Source: Aplysia californica | Taxonomy: Eukaryota | Assembly (NCBI RefSeq): GCF_000002075.1 | Contig: NW_004797773.1 | Location: forward strand, 268,845 to 332,844 | Direction: 5' to 3' | DNA: 64,000 bases | In this document: piece after piece, positions 38,501 through 50,500 of the stretch | Numbering within the stretch: position 1 is the first letter of the stretch | Layout of the letters: each line of letters starts with the position of its first letter | The notes under the pieces: generated by a model | Database searches by the model: none | Seen by the model: only the letters and a program-made list of their open reading frames with translations | Told to the model about the DNA's origin: nothing | Made by a program: the position numbers and the translations under genes

Positions 38501-41500
38501 TCTGAAGCAAAGAGCGGACTTCCTGCGGACACTTTTTTGGCTGAGTGAACCATCTTGTTATTCACTATCTTTGGCTGAGTGAACCATCTTGTTATTCACT
38601 ATCTTTGGCTGAGTGAACCATCTTGTTATTCACTATCTTTGCTATTAGGCAATTTGTAAAGATTGTATTTTTCTGGCCTAACACTTTTGATGTCCATTTC
38701 GTAAAGCATTTCTTTGTCCATTTCGTAAAGCATTTCTTTGTCCATTTCGTAAAGCATTTCTTTGTGAATTTTACTGAAAAACACTGATCAAAGGTACAAA
38801 AATGTAAAGTTGCAGTTTCCAAGGACTGTCAAGTTTTGGAAGTCACCAGAGTTTGGCGGACATTTTCTCGCCAGTTTTTTCTCTGACATCAGGTGACCCC
38901 ACTACTTACTTCAATTAATTTCTATTCAAAATAAGCGGATATTTTTTTTTAATGAAAAGCAAGACAAGTAAACATGCTTTGAGCTGATATCAGTAACTCC
39001 ATATGCTTAAAAAATGATGAGTGCCTAAATTCAGTGCTTTGTGGCACATCTATAGACCAGTGTGGGCTCTGTAATTACCCTGTTCAGCTGAGACCTGAGT
39101 TGTAAGTTATGGTGTGTCAACATTTCACCGGGACACCAAAAGAAGTAAAGTACACCAAAAAGAAGAGCAGTCGTACTGCTCTAACGACTACCTGTTCAAG
39201 ACAATTACCTATACAAACGACCAGTTCCAACTTTCCGCTTGCATTTTTTTTCTCTCTATCTATATATATAACAATAACACTGTACAAAATATCCTCCTGC
39301 CTAAGACAGCATTTTAAATTTTTTTTTTTGCGGTAATGGGGGGGCCATCGTGGACAATTTTGAATATATTGTATAGTAGATACAGACCTCTCCTAAACAC
39401 CATTAATAGCTTTGCTCAGCCATGAGCATGTATGTTAATTAATAAGCTTCATCAAAGTACTTCTTCCTTTCCAGGTGGAGTCCTTTACAGTAGATGACAG
39501 CTTTCACATACGCAACTTGAAACCACATCAGTCTGCTTCTGAAAATGTAACACTTTCTCAAGTTACTCCTGAGGTACGAGTTCTATCTTTGGGAATGAAA
39601 TGATTGCCAGGCAATACGAGAATGTTAAAATCATATTACTTATCTATATAATCAAACCTGCTATAAAGACCATCTGTTCAAGACTAATAAACCTGTGCAA
39701 ATGACTACTTTTCACTCCCTCCACCCCTCCCATTTCCCATCTCGCAGTGTTTCTTTATTAAAATGACACTGTCAAGAAACCACCAGTCCAAGATGATCAC
39801 TTTCCTCCTTGACAAAAGGAAATCGTCTTACGCTGGTTTGAAAGTATTTTTTATGGTCCTGATTGTATGTATTAAGAGGGGGTTGCTGTTTTTTCAGTGA
39901 AGACAAAAAAATCTATATTTTCTAAGCTAAGACTTCAATTCACACTTTGCTTCCTTTTGGCAATCATGTGTACATGATAAAAAAAAAGTACAGAGATGGA
40001 GACAAAATTGCTTGCTACATTTTTGAAGTCTTTATGCAGATAAAAATCAACTTCAAGTCCCCACTTAAAATAAGATAATAATAAAAGTGACTTTCAAGCA
40101 TGACATCACAACAACCCACAGATCTCTATACTCTTTTTCATGGCTACACTTTTTTTTTCATTTCACACAAAATAAGAGTATTTTTCAGGCCTGGACTTAC
40201 GAGCTGAAGTCCTCCAGTGGTGCATTGGGAGAGGGCATGAAGAAAATCGTCATGCTCATAAAATAAATGTCTAAGCCATTTTTAGCTTTTTTGAGAAAAC
40301 ATTTTTTTAAAACTGTTACTTTGGAACAATTGACTCTGTGAAACGCTTGAATTTTGGTACCCTCAGTTGATTTTATGTTTGGATTATTCTTTTGTCCAAG
40401 TGAACCATATCACCAAGCTGGCTCTGCTCTTCGTTTCAGAACCATAAACTCCAAACCTTCCATAAATTTCTTAGGCCATTATCTTATGCCAACAGTTTTG
40501 GAGTTACTCCCTCTTTTAGGGGGTCTGCTGACTATGTTTATAATTGTGAATGTTTTTACGGCCACATTGATGAAATTTAAATCACTTATGGGGTGAGTTT
40601 CTGCAAGTGTGGCCTGTCAGGATCGACCTTGGCTGAGTGGAATGCAGCATTCTAGCAGATAGTCAGGGATGCTCGGTAAAATAGCTTCTACATTCGAGAA
40701 TCCACCTCACATCTTGTGTGTGCAATGATGAAGGGCTTAACCATTACACCACAGACAGGGATGGACTTTATTTATTTCTCTACCCACTTTAGATTACATT
40801 GTCTAGGTTAACGAGTGATGTAATTGGGAGGAGCGAAATGGCAAAGAAAAGGCAGAACGCACTACAGAGTTGATCAAATTAGTCACAGTCAAATTCTGCT
40901 ACATTCATTTTCCTGGATGTGGAACCTGAAAAAAATCTTGGTGGAAGTGACTACCATTTGAATCTTTCTTTTTTTTTTCTTGTTGTGTAGCAGTAATACT
41001 ATATATTTTGAATTCTCTAGGCGGATCCCATTAGTCAGCTGTCTTTCAACCTGTCTCTAACGGAAACAGAAAAGGTTGCCCGAAGTCAAGTGAAACTGCC
41101 ACATTTGAAGACTGGGTAATGTATTCATATTTAGGACCATTTTAAAAAACGAATCTAGAACCTGTTTTTGAGGTTTATTACTATTACTTTCAAAATGTAC
41201 CTGTCATATATAATCATTTAACTGAACAGTTGTTTTGAGTCCTTGATGTTTTTTTAGTTGTTGAAGAATGCGTCACTGTTGTTCATAACCCAACATTTCA
41301 CAATCTAAGCTAGGCAGTTTTGAAATCAGGATCATGATGAAATCTGGGACTTAACCTACCGAAATAATGAAATTGAAGATCCTGACTTTTTCGGAACTAT
41401 CAAATATTTTTTGGGGTTCAACACCTTTTTATGTCCATTTAAAAACACATTTCTGTGTGGATGTTACTGAAAAAACATTGATCAAAGACACACCAAAAAA

Positions 41501-44500
41501 TGTTAGTTTATAGTTTCCAAGGAAACTTAAACTTTGAAAGTCACCAAACTTTGGCGGCCCTTTTCTCGCAAAATTTTTCTAACACCAGGTAACCCACCTC
41601 CTTCAATCACAGAAACCTCCATTTCTATTCAAGACAGATGGATTTTTTTTAAAAATCAAAAGCAAAACAAATGAACAAGCTTTAAAATGATACCAACAGC
41701 TTCATATGTCCAAAAAATTGATGAGTGCCTAATTTCACGCTGCATCACATTTTGCTCAGTATCAGATATCTTACAATTTTTATTTTTTCTAAATTTGGGC
41801 TACCACCTCCCTCTACCAACCTTCCCTGTGTATAAAGAGAAAAATTACCAGACCCGGACAGTCTGGGGCACTTATTTATACTGAGAAGACCCGAAAAGAC
41901 ACCCCAAAAAACCCCAAAAGACCCCAAAAGGCAGCCGAAAAGACACAAATAGACAGCCGAAAAGACCCAAGAAGACAGCCGAAAAGACCCGAGAAGACCC
42001 GAGAAAACCAAAAAAGACACGAAAAGACACTAAATGACCCGAAAAGACATACATGATTTATTTATTTGTTGTTTATTTATTGCTACTGGTTGCAAAAATA
42101 AGCAACTTAATATAGCCACATGGAAATGTGAGAACAATGTACCAGAAAGGCAAATTAGATAGTATAGAGCAGGAAATGGACAGGATGAAGCTAAATATGT
42201 TAGGCCTTTCAGAAGTTAGATGGGAGGGGGCAGGCTCGATTAGAAGAGGATCCAAAACAATTATATATTCAGGAGGAAAAACCCATGAAAGAGGAGTCGG
42301 AATTTTATTTGACGAAGCAACAGCAAAGAGCATCAAAGGTTTTTGGGGAGTTTCAGACAGAGTCATAATGGCTAAATTAGAGGGAAAACCTTCTGACATA
42401 GGTGTCATCCAAATATATACACCAACATCAGAGCACGACAACGAGGAAATTGAGACTTTTTATGAAAACCTTGATAAGGCGATGAAACAGTTAAAATCAC
42501 AAGATGTAAAGGTAGTCATAGGAGACTTTAATGCCAAAGTAGGAAGTACACGTATAGAAGATATAGTTGGGCCATGGGGACTGGGTAGAGAGAATGAACG
42601 TGGGGAACGACTGGTAGAATGGTGTAGAGAAAATAATTTTATGATCTCAAACACCTGGTATGAAAATCTCACAAGAAGACGATACACTTGGAAGAGTCCT
42701 GGCGATAGAAGTGAAAATCAAATAGACTTCATACTTATTCAGAAACGTTTTAGAAATACAATAAAATTATCTAAATCACTGCCAGGAGTGGACTGTGATA
42801 GTGACCATGTACCAGTCATCAACTGTCTTTTCGGGTCTTTTCGGGTTTTCTCAGTATAAATGAGTGCCGACGGTCTGTGTCACAACATCACATACAGTTA
42901 ACTGTAACAGCATAAACACACGCTCTGCATTGAGCCCTTTTAGTTGTAATTGTACAGTGCCACTTTGCCCTAAGAAAAACATTAGACTTTAGAAGTGCCA
43001 AAGCCAGGAGTAAGGAAAACTTTGGGTTGACAAGGTGTTAGAAAATCTTTTCCCTGTTTTGTTGTGGGTGACAGCCTAGGTCAATGAGATAATGGTTTTT
43101 TTTTAGTGAATCTTTGTTTGAACTTTGAAACAATTAGTTAAGGTGAGTGCATGGCAAATGGCCATATTTCTCATTTTTAATCCAGATTACTTTTTTGGGT
43201 GGTTGATTGCCAAAACGTCTGCTGGTGGGTAGGCAGCCCTGTTTATATTTTTATCGTCACGGTGGCCTAAAAAAAGTAAAGTTATTTCTGCATCCGATCC
43301 GGACATTGGGGATTACCTTGTTAGTGAGACAACTTCCTGGGCCTTCGACATTTTGTGGTAGGGTGACCTACATTCAGAATGTAATGAGTTTTTATGTGTG
43401 GGTTTCTCCTTTTTCTTTCTTTTTTTTCTTTCAACAAATTGTATTTGATCATTTGTTCTTTGTTCTTGCCTTATACTGTAATAGATTATAATAGTACTTA
43501 TAATACTGTGAACCTCCCTCAACTCAAAGAACACAAGTGCACTTTGGATTAAAAGCCCATGCATGCACATGCGGTGTCAGTGGCCTAGACCTCTGACTCA
43601 ACTGCAAGGTCATGGCTTCAAATCCTGTCAAGGGCCCAGTTTTGTGTCCTTGGGAAAAATACAACACAAATTTTCCTTGAGCATGTAACCCGCTGCATGC
43701 ACAGTGTGCTTCCAGACTGCCTGAGAAGCTGAAAATATTTCCGAGTCGTGTTCTAGGGTCTGCTGGGGTATGAATGGTTGTAAAGCTCATAGACCATGCT
43801 GTAGAGAGATCGGCGACCTCCAACCTTTAGGCTTGTTTTGGCGTAATAAGCATTTCGGTCTAATGCAATGCCCCTCTACTAATTTATTATATAATGTCCA
43901 GGCTAATAACCTTGACTGCGACTATCATGTACATTGTGTCATTCATAGCAATAAGACAGTCCCTGACTGGTTTTTGAGCAGAGACCAAAGTATGCTTCTA
44001 TGATGAGATGCCAATGCTACCGAAAGCTGACAAAATGCCCTTTTTTATTTTGACACTAATTTTTTTAATTTGCTAAATCGAAAGCCTGATAAGTTATCCT
44101 ACCTATGTGAAAAAAATCAAACAAAAACTGTGACTCCTTTTTGAATAAATTAGAATCCAAATTTGAGAAGAACGCTATTTTAAAATGATTGCGCTGACAA
44201 AAAGTCTCTTTGTCTCGAAACTGCTGTAAGTTTTGTCAGCTTACAGCAAAATGCCCCTACCTGCATCACCCCACATCGTTAATCGCTTGTTTTAAAAGTT
44301 TGATTACACATACTCCCCAGATAATTGTTGCTAACGACCAAGGCAGGTTTTTTTTGTTTTTTTAAAAAAGTGTCAATTTGTATATTTCTTTATGTGTATG
44401 TATATCATTAACATTTGTCATTGCCTTTACAAGCTCTGCTTTTTTCAAACGATTCAAAGAAAGTCTATTCTTTGAGGGGGGGAGGGGGTGTTATCCGGCC

Positions 44501-45140
44501 ATGGACAATTTCTGTGAGTTCAGATGTGGCCTTGTTGGCAGAAGAAGGTTGCCGACCCCTTCTTTAGAGGGTGAATATGGGCTATCTTAATGCATTAACA
44601 TTGTTATTCCATAATAAAACTTTACTCTGAAAAAAAAATAATGGTGAAATGGTATGAGTTTAATGCCCTTATCACCATTATTAGGTTATTTAAGAGGCGG
44701 GACCTCCTAGTTTAACGTCCGTCTCCGATAGGACCAAGCCAAGTGGGAAGTTCGTGTAAAGTGTCTTTCCCAAGGACACGACGTCGGACCGAGCTGAGAC
44801 TCGAACCCTCGAACCCGCAATCTCACGATTATGAGTCCAGTAGCCTAACCACTAGGCTACCGATGCCACAAAAACTTAACTCTCGGATATGAGAACTTCC
44901 TATACAAAAATGAGTATGAGTTTTAGTTTCATCAAGTTAAATCTTTACTAATGGGCAAGGTCAACTTTCCAAATCTTCAATTAAAATTTTTTTATTTTTA
45001 AAAAATGAGGCTTGCATTTGTGTTTCAGATTTGACGAAAGTAGTGAGGTTGACAGCACACTTCAGAGCAAGATACATTACGAGGCAGATGATGCTGATGA
45101 CTTTGATGAAGAAGATCCTGATGATGACCTCAATATTTAA
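26502..45140 (+). CDS. ELP5: Elongator complex protein 5; 8 exons, 288 aa
   Basis: Exons: 26502-26556, 34001-34061, 34769-34849, 36260-36450, 37612-37784, 39475-39573, 41021-41115, 45029-45140. Phases 1,2,2,1,0,0,2; total 867 nt, open. Motifs MLEDLVNG..LVTD..GRTL, VLIDSLS, VLHRDVH, DPISQLSFNLSLTETEKVARSQVKLP and the diagnostic C-terminus IHYEADDADDFDEEDPDDDLNI*. Confidence 0.93.
26639..27385. repeat. Right arm of the inverted repeat pair, with a 30-bp terminal duplication and a nested MITE
   Basis: GGCCACCTCTATTCTCACCCGG occurs twice (26639, 26669). The remainder is the reverse complement of 24781-25045. Confidence 0.8.
26826..27238. mobile_element. 413-bp MITE, Merlin-like (GG termini, 8-bp TSD)
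   Basis: TIR GGTAAATTTTTACTTTCACTCCC / GGGAGGGAAAGTAAAAAAATACC. Perfect TSD CAGAAAAA at 26818-26825 and 27239-27246. The sister copy (about 24915-24922) shows the empty site. Confidence 0.85.
27670..29150 (-). mobile_element. Internal fragment of the CAGTC(G/A)AACCTG MITE family, split by a TTAA element
   Basis: 27670-27756 and 28806-29150 match the reverse complement of about 32480-32905. Confidence 0.8.
27761..28801. mobile_element. Non-autonomous piggyBac-like element
   Basis: TTAA at 27757-27760 and 28802-28805. 12-bp TIR CTCATCCGCTAC / GTAGCGAATGAG (1 mismatch). Absent from the homologous host copy near 32815. Confidence 0.82.
29180..30150 (-). mobile_element. Truncated, decayed Tc1-like transposon
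   Basis: DRGRALAWLQ..LGVSPSV (HTH), RPRPGRP, VRNCLR, WDQVVFSDESRF (first catalytic D) and GSVLEWGGFS, across frameshifts. One TIR-like end (CAGTACTACTCAT on the minus strand) at 30138-30150. Confidence 0.85.
30370..33843 (+). mobile_element. 5'-truncated, decayed RTE-clade LINE (AP endonuclease + RT) in ELP5 intron 1
   Basis: QVYAPT, GDLNAKVG, ENQIDH, SDHH (endonuclease); KGDLSNCNNYRGITLL, QAGFR, FIDYEKAFDSV, GVRQG.LLSPFLF, LDFADD (RT); RGRGRPRETWRR..AQDRDKW C-terminus; (TTGA)n tail. Frameshifts and deletions present. Confidence 0.95.
32164..33087. mobile_element. CAGTC(G/A)AACCTG-family MITE nested in the RTE RT domain
   Basis: TIR CAGTCAAACCTG / CAGGTTTGACTG with TA TSD. Excision restores GVRQGYLLSPFLF. 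Confidence 0.92.
35156..36046. mobile_element. Tc1/mariner-pogo-type MITE with the same termini but a different interior
   Basis: TA|CAGTCGAACCTG ... CAGGTTCGACTG|TA. Confidence 0.88.
36975..37142 (-). mobile_element. RTE-type LINE 3' ORF remnant
   Basis: Translates CLRKTFNIMRRERQRIGDIR..IERQQIRWF..MKMGTQQPGSKAY; similar to the remnant at 46430-46775. Confidence 0.65.
38536..38641. repeat. Tandem repeat, 3 x 34 bp
   Basis: TTTGGCTGAGTGAACCATCTTGTTATTCACTATC at 38536, 38570 and 38604. Confidence 0.92.
38691..38762. repeat. Tandem repeat, 3 x 24 bp, inside a dispersed repeat (about 38660-39040; related copy about 41400-41740)
   Basis: TGTCCATTTCGTAAAGCATTTCTT x3. The related copy has a single unit at about 41432. 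Confidence 0.9.
41866..42868. mobile_element. TIR element (MULE/foldback-like) with ~11-bp subterminal repeats enclosing a LINE AP-endonuclease domain
   Basis: TIR GGCACTTATTTATACTGAGAAGACCCGAAAAGAC / GTCTTTTCGGGTTTTCTCAGTATAAATGAGTGCC. Flanks GACAGTCTG / GACGGTCTG. About 15 degenerate GAAAAGACCC-type units in the left arm and 2 in the right. Confidence 0.8.
42105..42820 (+). pseudogene. RTE-type AP endonuclease domain with one frameshift near the N-terminus
   Basis: LNIATW-[+1 A]-VRTM, GLSEVRW, GVGIL, IQIYTPTS, GDFNAKVG, ENQIDFIL, DCDSDHVPV. No RT follows. Confidence 0.88.
43570..43860 (+). mobile_element. Degenerate tRNA-derived SINE
   Basis: B-box-like GGCTTCAAATCC followed by GTGTCCTTGGGAAA, also present in the SINE at 44655-44870. 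Confidence 0.5.
44655..44870 (-). mobile_element. tRNA-derived SINE
   Basis: Minus strand: A box TAGCCTAGTGG, B box GGTTCGAGTCT, then GTGTCCTTGGGAAAGACACTTTAC and GGACGTTAAACTAGGAGGTCCC. Related fragments at about 7245-7320 and 21100-21200. Confidence 0.75.
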
Positions 45141-45164
45141 TCATGTGTGAATGAAATATAAAAA

Positions 45165-45170
45165 AATAAA
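45165..45170 (+). promoter_or_regulatory. Candidate ELP5 polyadenylation signal
   Basis: AATAAA 25 nt after the stop codon, followed by T-rich sequence. Confidence 0.5.
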
Positions 45171-45324
45171 AAGATCATAACTATTTTCTGAGTTACTCTT
45201 TTTTCCTTATTAACCTGACTTATGCCTATGAAAACTGCCCTCATGTCTTGGGAAATGAAAATTGAGAAAACAGGTTCATGGTAAAACTAGGAATGAGCAA
45301 GGTGTTCTTTAAATTTCTCAAATA

Positions 45325-46176
45325 TACTCTTCTAAAAAAGGTTAGGGAACACTTTGAGTTTAAATAAAAAGAGAGTGTAGTGACAAAAATAAGTCTGTGT
45401 TAAAAAAATAAAAATAATGTTAATATCCCCCCCTTTGGGAATGGCCTAAAGCCCGGCATTGGTTGAAACGGTCCTCCCTCACAGTGGTTGACCTGGGCCT
45501 CCCTGACCAACAGGGATCGTCAGTATTTCTGGTTTGTTGGTACCCGTCTTATTGTTGGGTGACAGCAAGACTCCTAGCCACCTCCCCCAATGAAACACCA
45601 CCTTGGAGCCAACCAATGATGACCCTTCCTCTGTCGTGCGAATTCAACTTTATCCTAGGCGTACTGTGTGGCAATCAAATTTTCGAGCTATTGCCTGTCC
45701 TCGCGGTTTTATGCAAAACAAATTTTGAATTTATGCAAACAGCCCAAAAAAGTGAAATTATGCGATTCTGTTATTTTTAACAAAGAATGATAAAGGAAAA
45801 TAATCTGAAATTATGCAAAAAATGATCAAATTATGCGGGGTGCATAAAACCCCGGGGACAGCATTGCACAGGCTTCTATGGTCATTGCGTGAGCATAGTG
45901 TTCACACAACATAATGATTGACTCTTTACATGCCTAAGACTCGGTATCATTTTTCTTTTACCATTTAAAAACAAGCAACTTTTTCATGAACCTTTTAACA
46001 TGTGCCTCGTGTTCACAACTCAAGTTCGAAAATGTTTTCAAAGTTGTTAACAGTACACATAGTTGAATTGGCTGCTCAAATATAACAGGTTTCATTTCTA
46101 AATGCTAACATACATAAATGTCGCATGAAAAATGCATACATATTTAACGTTGTTCCCAAACTTTTTTCAAAGAGTA
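45325..46176 (-). mobile_element. Internally deleted Tc1-like element with a nested MITE
   Basis: TIR TACTCTTCTAAAAAAGGTTAGGGAAC / GTTCCCAAACTTTTTTCAAAGAGTA with TA flanks. Minus-strand remnant DRGRV..WLQGGVSLGEVARSL..SGRPRSTTVREDR at about 45465-45660. Confidence 0.78.
45695..45861. mobile_element. ~168-bp MITE, CTGTCC termini (copy 2)
   Basis: Closely similar to 4180-4348; flanks TATTGC / CATTGC. Confidence 0.82.
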
Positions 46177-46429
46177 TATCATGAGGAATGGCAGATTTTG
46201 TGTTTAGTTTTAGTAACAGTTATACATACAGCACTTGCAACAACACAATAAGGTCAGATAAGTGCTGAAGATTGTGCTAGAAGCACATTTTGGATCTTGC
46301 ACTTGTAGTGAACACTAGAGCTAAATTTGGTTCATTAACATTTCCCTACTCACACATATAGACCGAACTCTGTCGTCAATCTGTCACTTATTATGTGTTG
46401 ATTGATTTAGTTTAATGACATACTTCTCT

Positions 46430-46775
46430 TAAAATTGCTTCTTTTTTTTTTTTACTTTCCTCTTGTACTCAAGGGGAGAAAGCTTTTGGTCTCTGGCAAG
46501 CTGGATGGCCTGGCTGAGTGGAAAGTTGTGTGTCTTAAGGGTATTCTTCACACCGTCGATCCAGGTCTTCCTTTGTCTTCCTCTTGCCTTGGACCCTGAT
46601 ATTCTTTTGTAGTACGCTTTACTGGCAAGTTGGTGAGATGCCATACGTGTCAGATATCCATCCCACCAAATTGTTTGCCTCTGAATGCAGGGACGATAAG
46701 TGTTGTTCCCATCATTTCTCTGATCTTGGTGTTTCTGATCCTAAAATTGCATCTTCACAATATTTCTTCAATGAC
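46430..46775 (-). mobile_element. RTE-type LINE 3' remnant
   Basis: RIRNTKIREM..RMASHQLASKAY..GSKARGRQRKTWIDGVK..ARD. Confidence 0.7.
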
Positions 46776-47299
46776 ATATTCTGTGGGTACTGGAGCACTT
46801 TTTTCTCCCTTTCATTCATCATTATATGGAAAAGGAAGGCGTAAAAGATAATTGGGGAGGGGCAAGCTAGTCCAAAAAGGTATTGGAAAGGAAGTCTTAA
46901 TATCAGAGTTACATGCTTCGAAGTTATGGGTAGGACATTGCAATATTATAAAAGGTATTTATTTTCCATGGCCAGCCTTGATTGGGGGTGTCTGTTTCTT
47001 CAGATCTGGCACTTGAAGAAATACTCAAAATGGGACTAACATTCATCTGCCAGAATTGGTCTCATTGGCAATAGAAGAAGTCACAAGTCCTCTTTACCCT
47101 TATTTCTTCTATTTTGCTTTTAATATATTCTTCTATGTAGAGGCATTGGTCATCATCAATAAAAGTCAAGCTATTGTTATATTATCACTTGGGGGAAAAA
47201 AACCCAGCTTCAAATGGGTTATAATATCACTTAGTGAACAAAAATCCAGTTTCAAATAGGTACTTGGAAATAGAAATAATTTCTAGTAAAATTTCAACC

Positions 47300-47558
47300 C
47301 TAGAAGGTAAAGTTGTTCCCGCATCCAATCCGGACATTGGGGATTGCCTTGCTAGTGAGACAACTTCTTGGGCCTTTAGCTTATTGTGGTAGGGTGACCA
47401 GTTCCTTTTCACGCTGCCTTTACTTCCCTAACTCGAAGTCAGGTACCCATGACTGCTGGGTAGGCAGGAGGGGGCAAAAAAAACATGTGTCCGAACGGAG
47501 GCTCGAACCCGGACTTTCCGCTTCAGAGACAAGTGCACTAACCTCTCCGCAACCGCAT
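47300..47558 (-). mobile_element. tRNA-derived SINE with a Deu/Nin-like central domain; 3' fragment also at about 43275-43370
   Basis: Minus strand: tRNA-like head with B box GGTTCGAGCC, core CTACCCAGCAGTCATGGGTACCTG..GGGAAGTAAAGGCAGCG, ACTTTACC tail. Confidence 0.72.
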
Positions 47559-50500
47559 CATTTCCTAACTTAGGTAAAAACCTTAATTCAAATCTCATTT
47601 CAACAGACTGTGAGATATTTGTTTGGAATTCATGAGTAAAACAAATGTCATATTGCATCATACCAATTATTTTTAAAAAGAATACAACGTACCATAGTGT
47701 TTTGGGGAAGTATTTCTTTATTACAATTCAAAGAGCATTTGGGATTTCTTAGGTCCTTCAGAAATGTTTAAAAATTGTTCTTTGTTGTTGTTAAAACGAA
47801 AACTTGGACTTGTCATTCCGAGAGAGACAAAAGAAGTAAAAAGAATAATACATGACCTACAACAGAAGTTATTTTAAATACATTTTCAAAGCCAATTATA
47901 CCTTAAAAGTGGCCCAGGGATGTCACTCGGATTTTGTGAAAATACCTGAAAATTTACAAAGTTGTAGTTGCAAACAAAAAGAGAGTGAACAAACATGAGA
48001 TTAAACAGAAAATAAATGCTTAGAATAATAACTGTTCTTCTAGCGAAGATAACAGTAACAGGAAAAAAAACGGAAAAGCGGCATCCCTGGTAGAAAGCCA
48101 AGGAATATAGGGGAAACTGGGACAGAGACCATTACAAAGTTCAAGAGTTTCCATGTGATAGCAAGTGAGTATACTGTACTGAAAGTGAACTGTGTTATAG
48201 TTGAGGGAGGGGGTGGGGGGGGAGTCATATCTCAGAGAATGGAGAGAAGATGATCATGCACCATCTTCTCTCCACAAATCCATGGGAAGGACAGGAGCTG
48301 AGGAACTGACCGAAAAAAAAAGGGGGGAGGGGAACAAAAAGCATGGTAGGAGGAGAAGGCAGAGCAATAAGAGGCAGTGTATAAAATATGTACTTTACAG
48401 TATACAGTATTCATTTAAAAAATGGCTACAAGTACAAGAAAAAATAACATATTGGAAAAAAACAAACCAACAACAACAAACCCAAAGCATCCAAAAACCA
48501 AACCATGTGCTGGAAATCAACAGTGTACAGAATGACCAGTTTATGCAATATTGCTAGATATGGCAAAACTACAGGGAAAACAAGAGACAAGGGTATGCAT
48601 ATAATACATAAAAAATAATATTGCCTGTCTCTCATCAACATAAATTGCTCAGCCAAAAGCTGAGGACATCTCTCCATCCCCCCCACCCCCCTTATAAAAT
48701 TATTTCATCATGACAGACAAGGCATGAGAACTATATGAGCCCCAATATTTGGGACCCACTACCTTAAACTCAAACTATTGGTAAGGGTCACCTTTTCAGT
48801 ATATCTATTATTCTGTAGGGCTTTCATATCAAGAAGCCTTGCAAGAAAGTATTTAAGCTTATATCCTGGCCATCCCATCATTGTACGGTACAATGGGATA
48901 ATATACAAAATGCAGTCTAGCACGCACAGCAATATAGGCTCATAGCCAACAGATTTTCAGATTCTGAAATTTTCCGTATATGTATATATATATATATATA
49001 TAGATCTATATGTATTCTTTTAAAACATGTACATAGCGAAATTCGTACATGACAAAAAATGTTGCATCCCGCCAATTTCACGATGTGCATGTTTTTTAAA
49101 AGCAGATGATTCTGCATCCCTTTACACACAATTTAGATCGTTCAAATGGTGGGCTTCGACCCTGCCTGTCACAACCAACTTTGGTTGAGAGAGAGGAATG
49201 ACACAAATTTTCCCGACAAGGCATTTGAACTCAAGGTCTTCTGCATCCAATGGTGAACCACCTAACAACTACACCCCAGACGTCAGTAATGGGATGTGTT
49301 AGTATTTCGTAATCATATATATAGATCTAACCCTCTTTGATTGCCATCTTTGAGCCCCAAAATATAAAATTTAACTCCCAATTGAAAATCATCAGTGTCT
49401 TTCCATACAACCCTAATCAATTTCTTGGGATTTCCAGATAAGGTCATTAACTGAAGAAACACTTCACGGGGCATCTTACAACATATTTTTGTTTTGTTTC
49501 ATTACTTCTTTTCTGGTTTTTAATTGAAAAAATCACCAGTACTATAGGCTATAGTCATGGTTCTGATTTCTGATCAAGGCAATCTGCATGGAACTTAAAA
49601 AAAAAAAAAGGCTAACACACTTATGGAATGACAACAACAAAATGTGTGTGCCTGGAGAAAGGTCCCAGTTGTCGGCAAAGCTATTTATGAGCAAGAGGGT
49701 GGAAAGGCTAAGAAAGTCATACCATGTCAAAAATTTAGTTCCATAAGAAAACACATGTTTAACCATTTAATAAAAACATCTTGAAAGGATTTTATAATAT
49801 TGTAAGTCTAAATATTGTTTCATTAGTTATTTTTGCAACATGTCGGTCTTCACCAAAGGTTAATAAGTTTTTTAAAAAGGGGGTTTTCTCCAAACTTTGT
49901 TTTTACACCTTGAGTTACAAAAAGTGGCATTTAAGCCCTTATTTCAATATTCAAAACATCTGACAACTGGGAGCTTTCTCCAGGTACATACACAAATAGT
50001 TTCAGTGTGTCAGGCATAGGCTGTGCTTTATGTGCTGGGAATTCCCACTGGGAGGATTTTCAGTGTTTAGTTAAGTAAGTCACCAGTGAACGAGTCAAGT
50101 TCTTTACTTTTAACTTTTTCATGTATATCAGCTCTGTGCAGTTAATTCCAAAATACTGAGCATATCTTTTAAAAAAAAGAAACCTGATACTCAGCCCTGA
50201 CCCTTCCTCCATACATTACATCTGCCCAGTCCAATTCACATTTTTCTGTCTTAAAAATGTATCTAAATCGAAAACATAAGTAGGAGAAACCACAGCCAAT
50301 TCTTGAATGTACCAGGTGTGTCTCATAATGCAGTTTCCCTTCTCTGTAACTTCAGAACCATTTTAACAAAAAGGCAGGAATTTTATGACGTTATAGAAAT
50401 ACGCACATTTGTAATCTCTGACCAAAAGTTGTTGTATCATCCTATTTTCATTTGAACTATAATTTTGTGTTGGCAAGTTCCCATTGGCACCACTGTAAAA

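Noticed and set aside
38592-38822. ORF with KKCFTKWT repeats; also 41745-42020 with a repetitive F/G/S-rich peptide
   Set aside because: Translations of tandem or subterminal DNA repeats.
47480-47558. tRNA-like sequence (also 44790-44870) as a tRNA gene
   Set aside because: Stems are imperfect and it runs directly into a SINE body; these are SINE heads.
47915-48089. CAGGGATG..CATCCCTG possible hAT MITE
   Set aside because: No matching 8-bp TSD and the TIR is too short to support a call.
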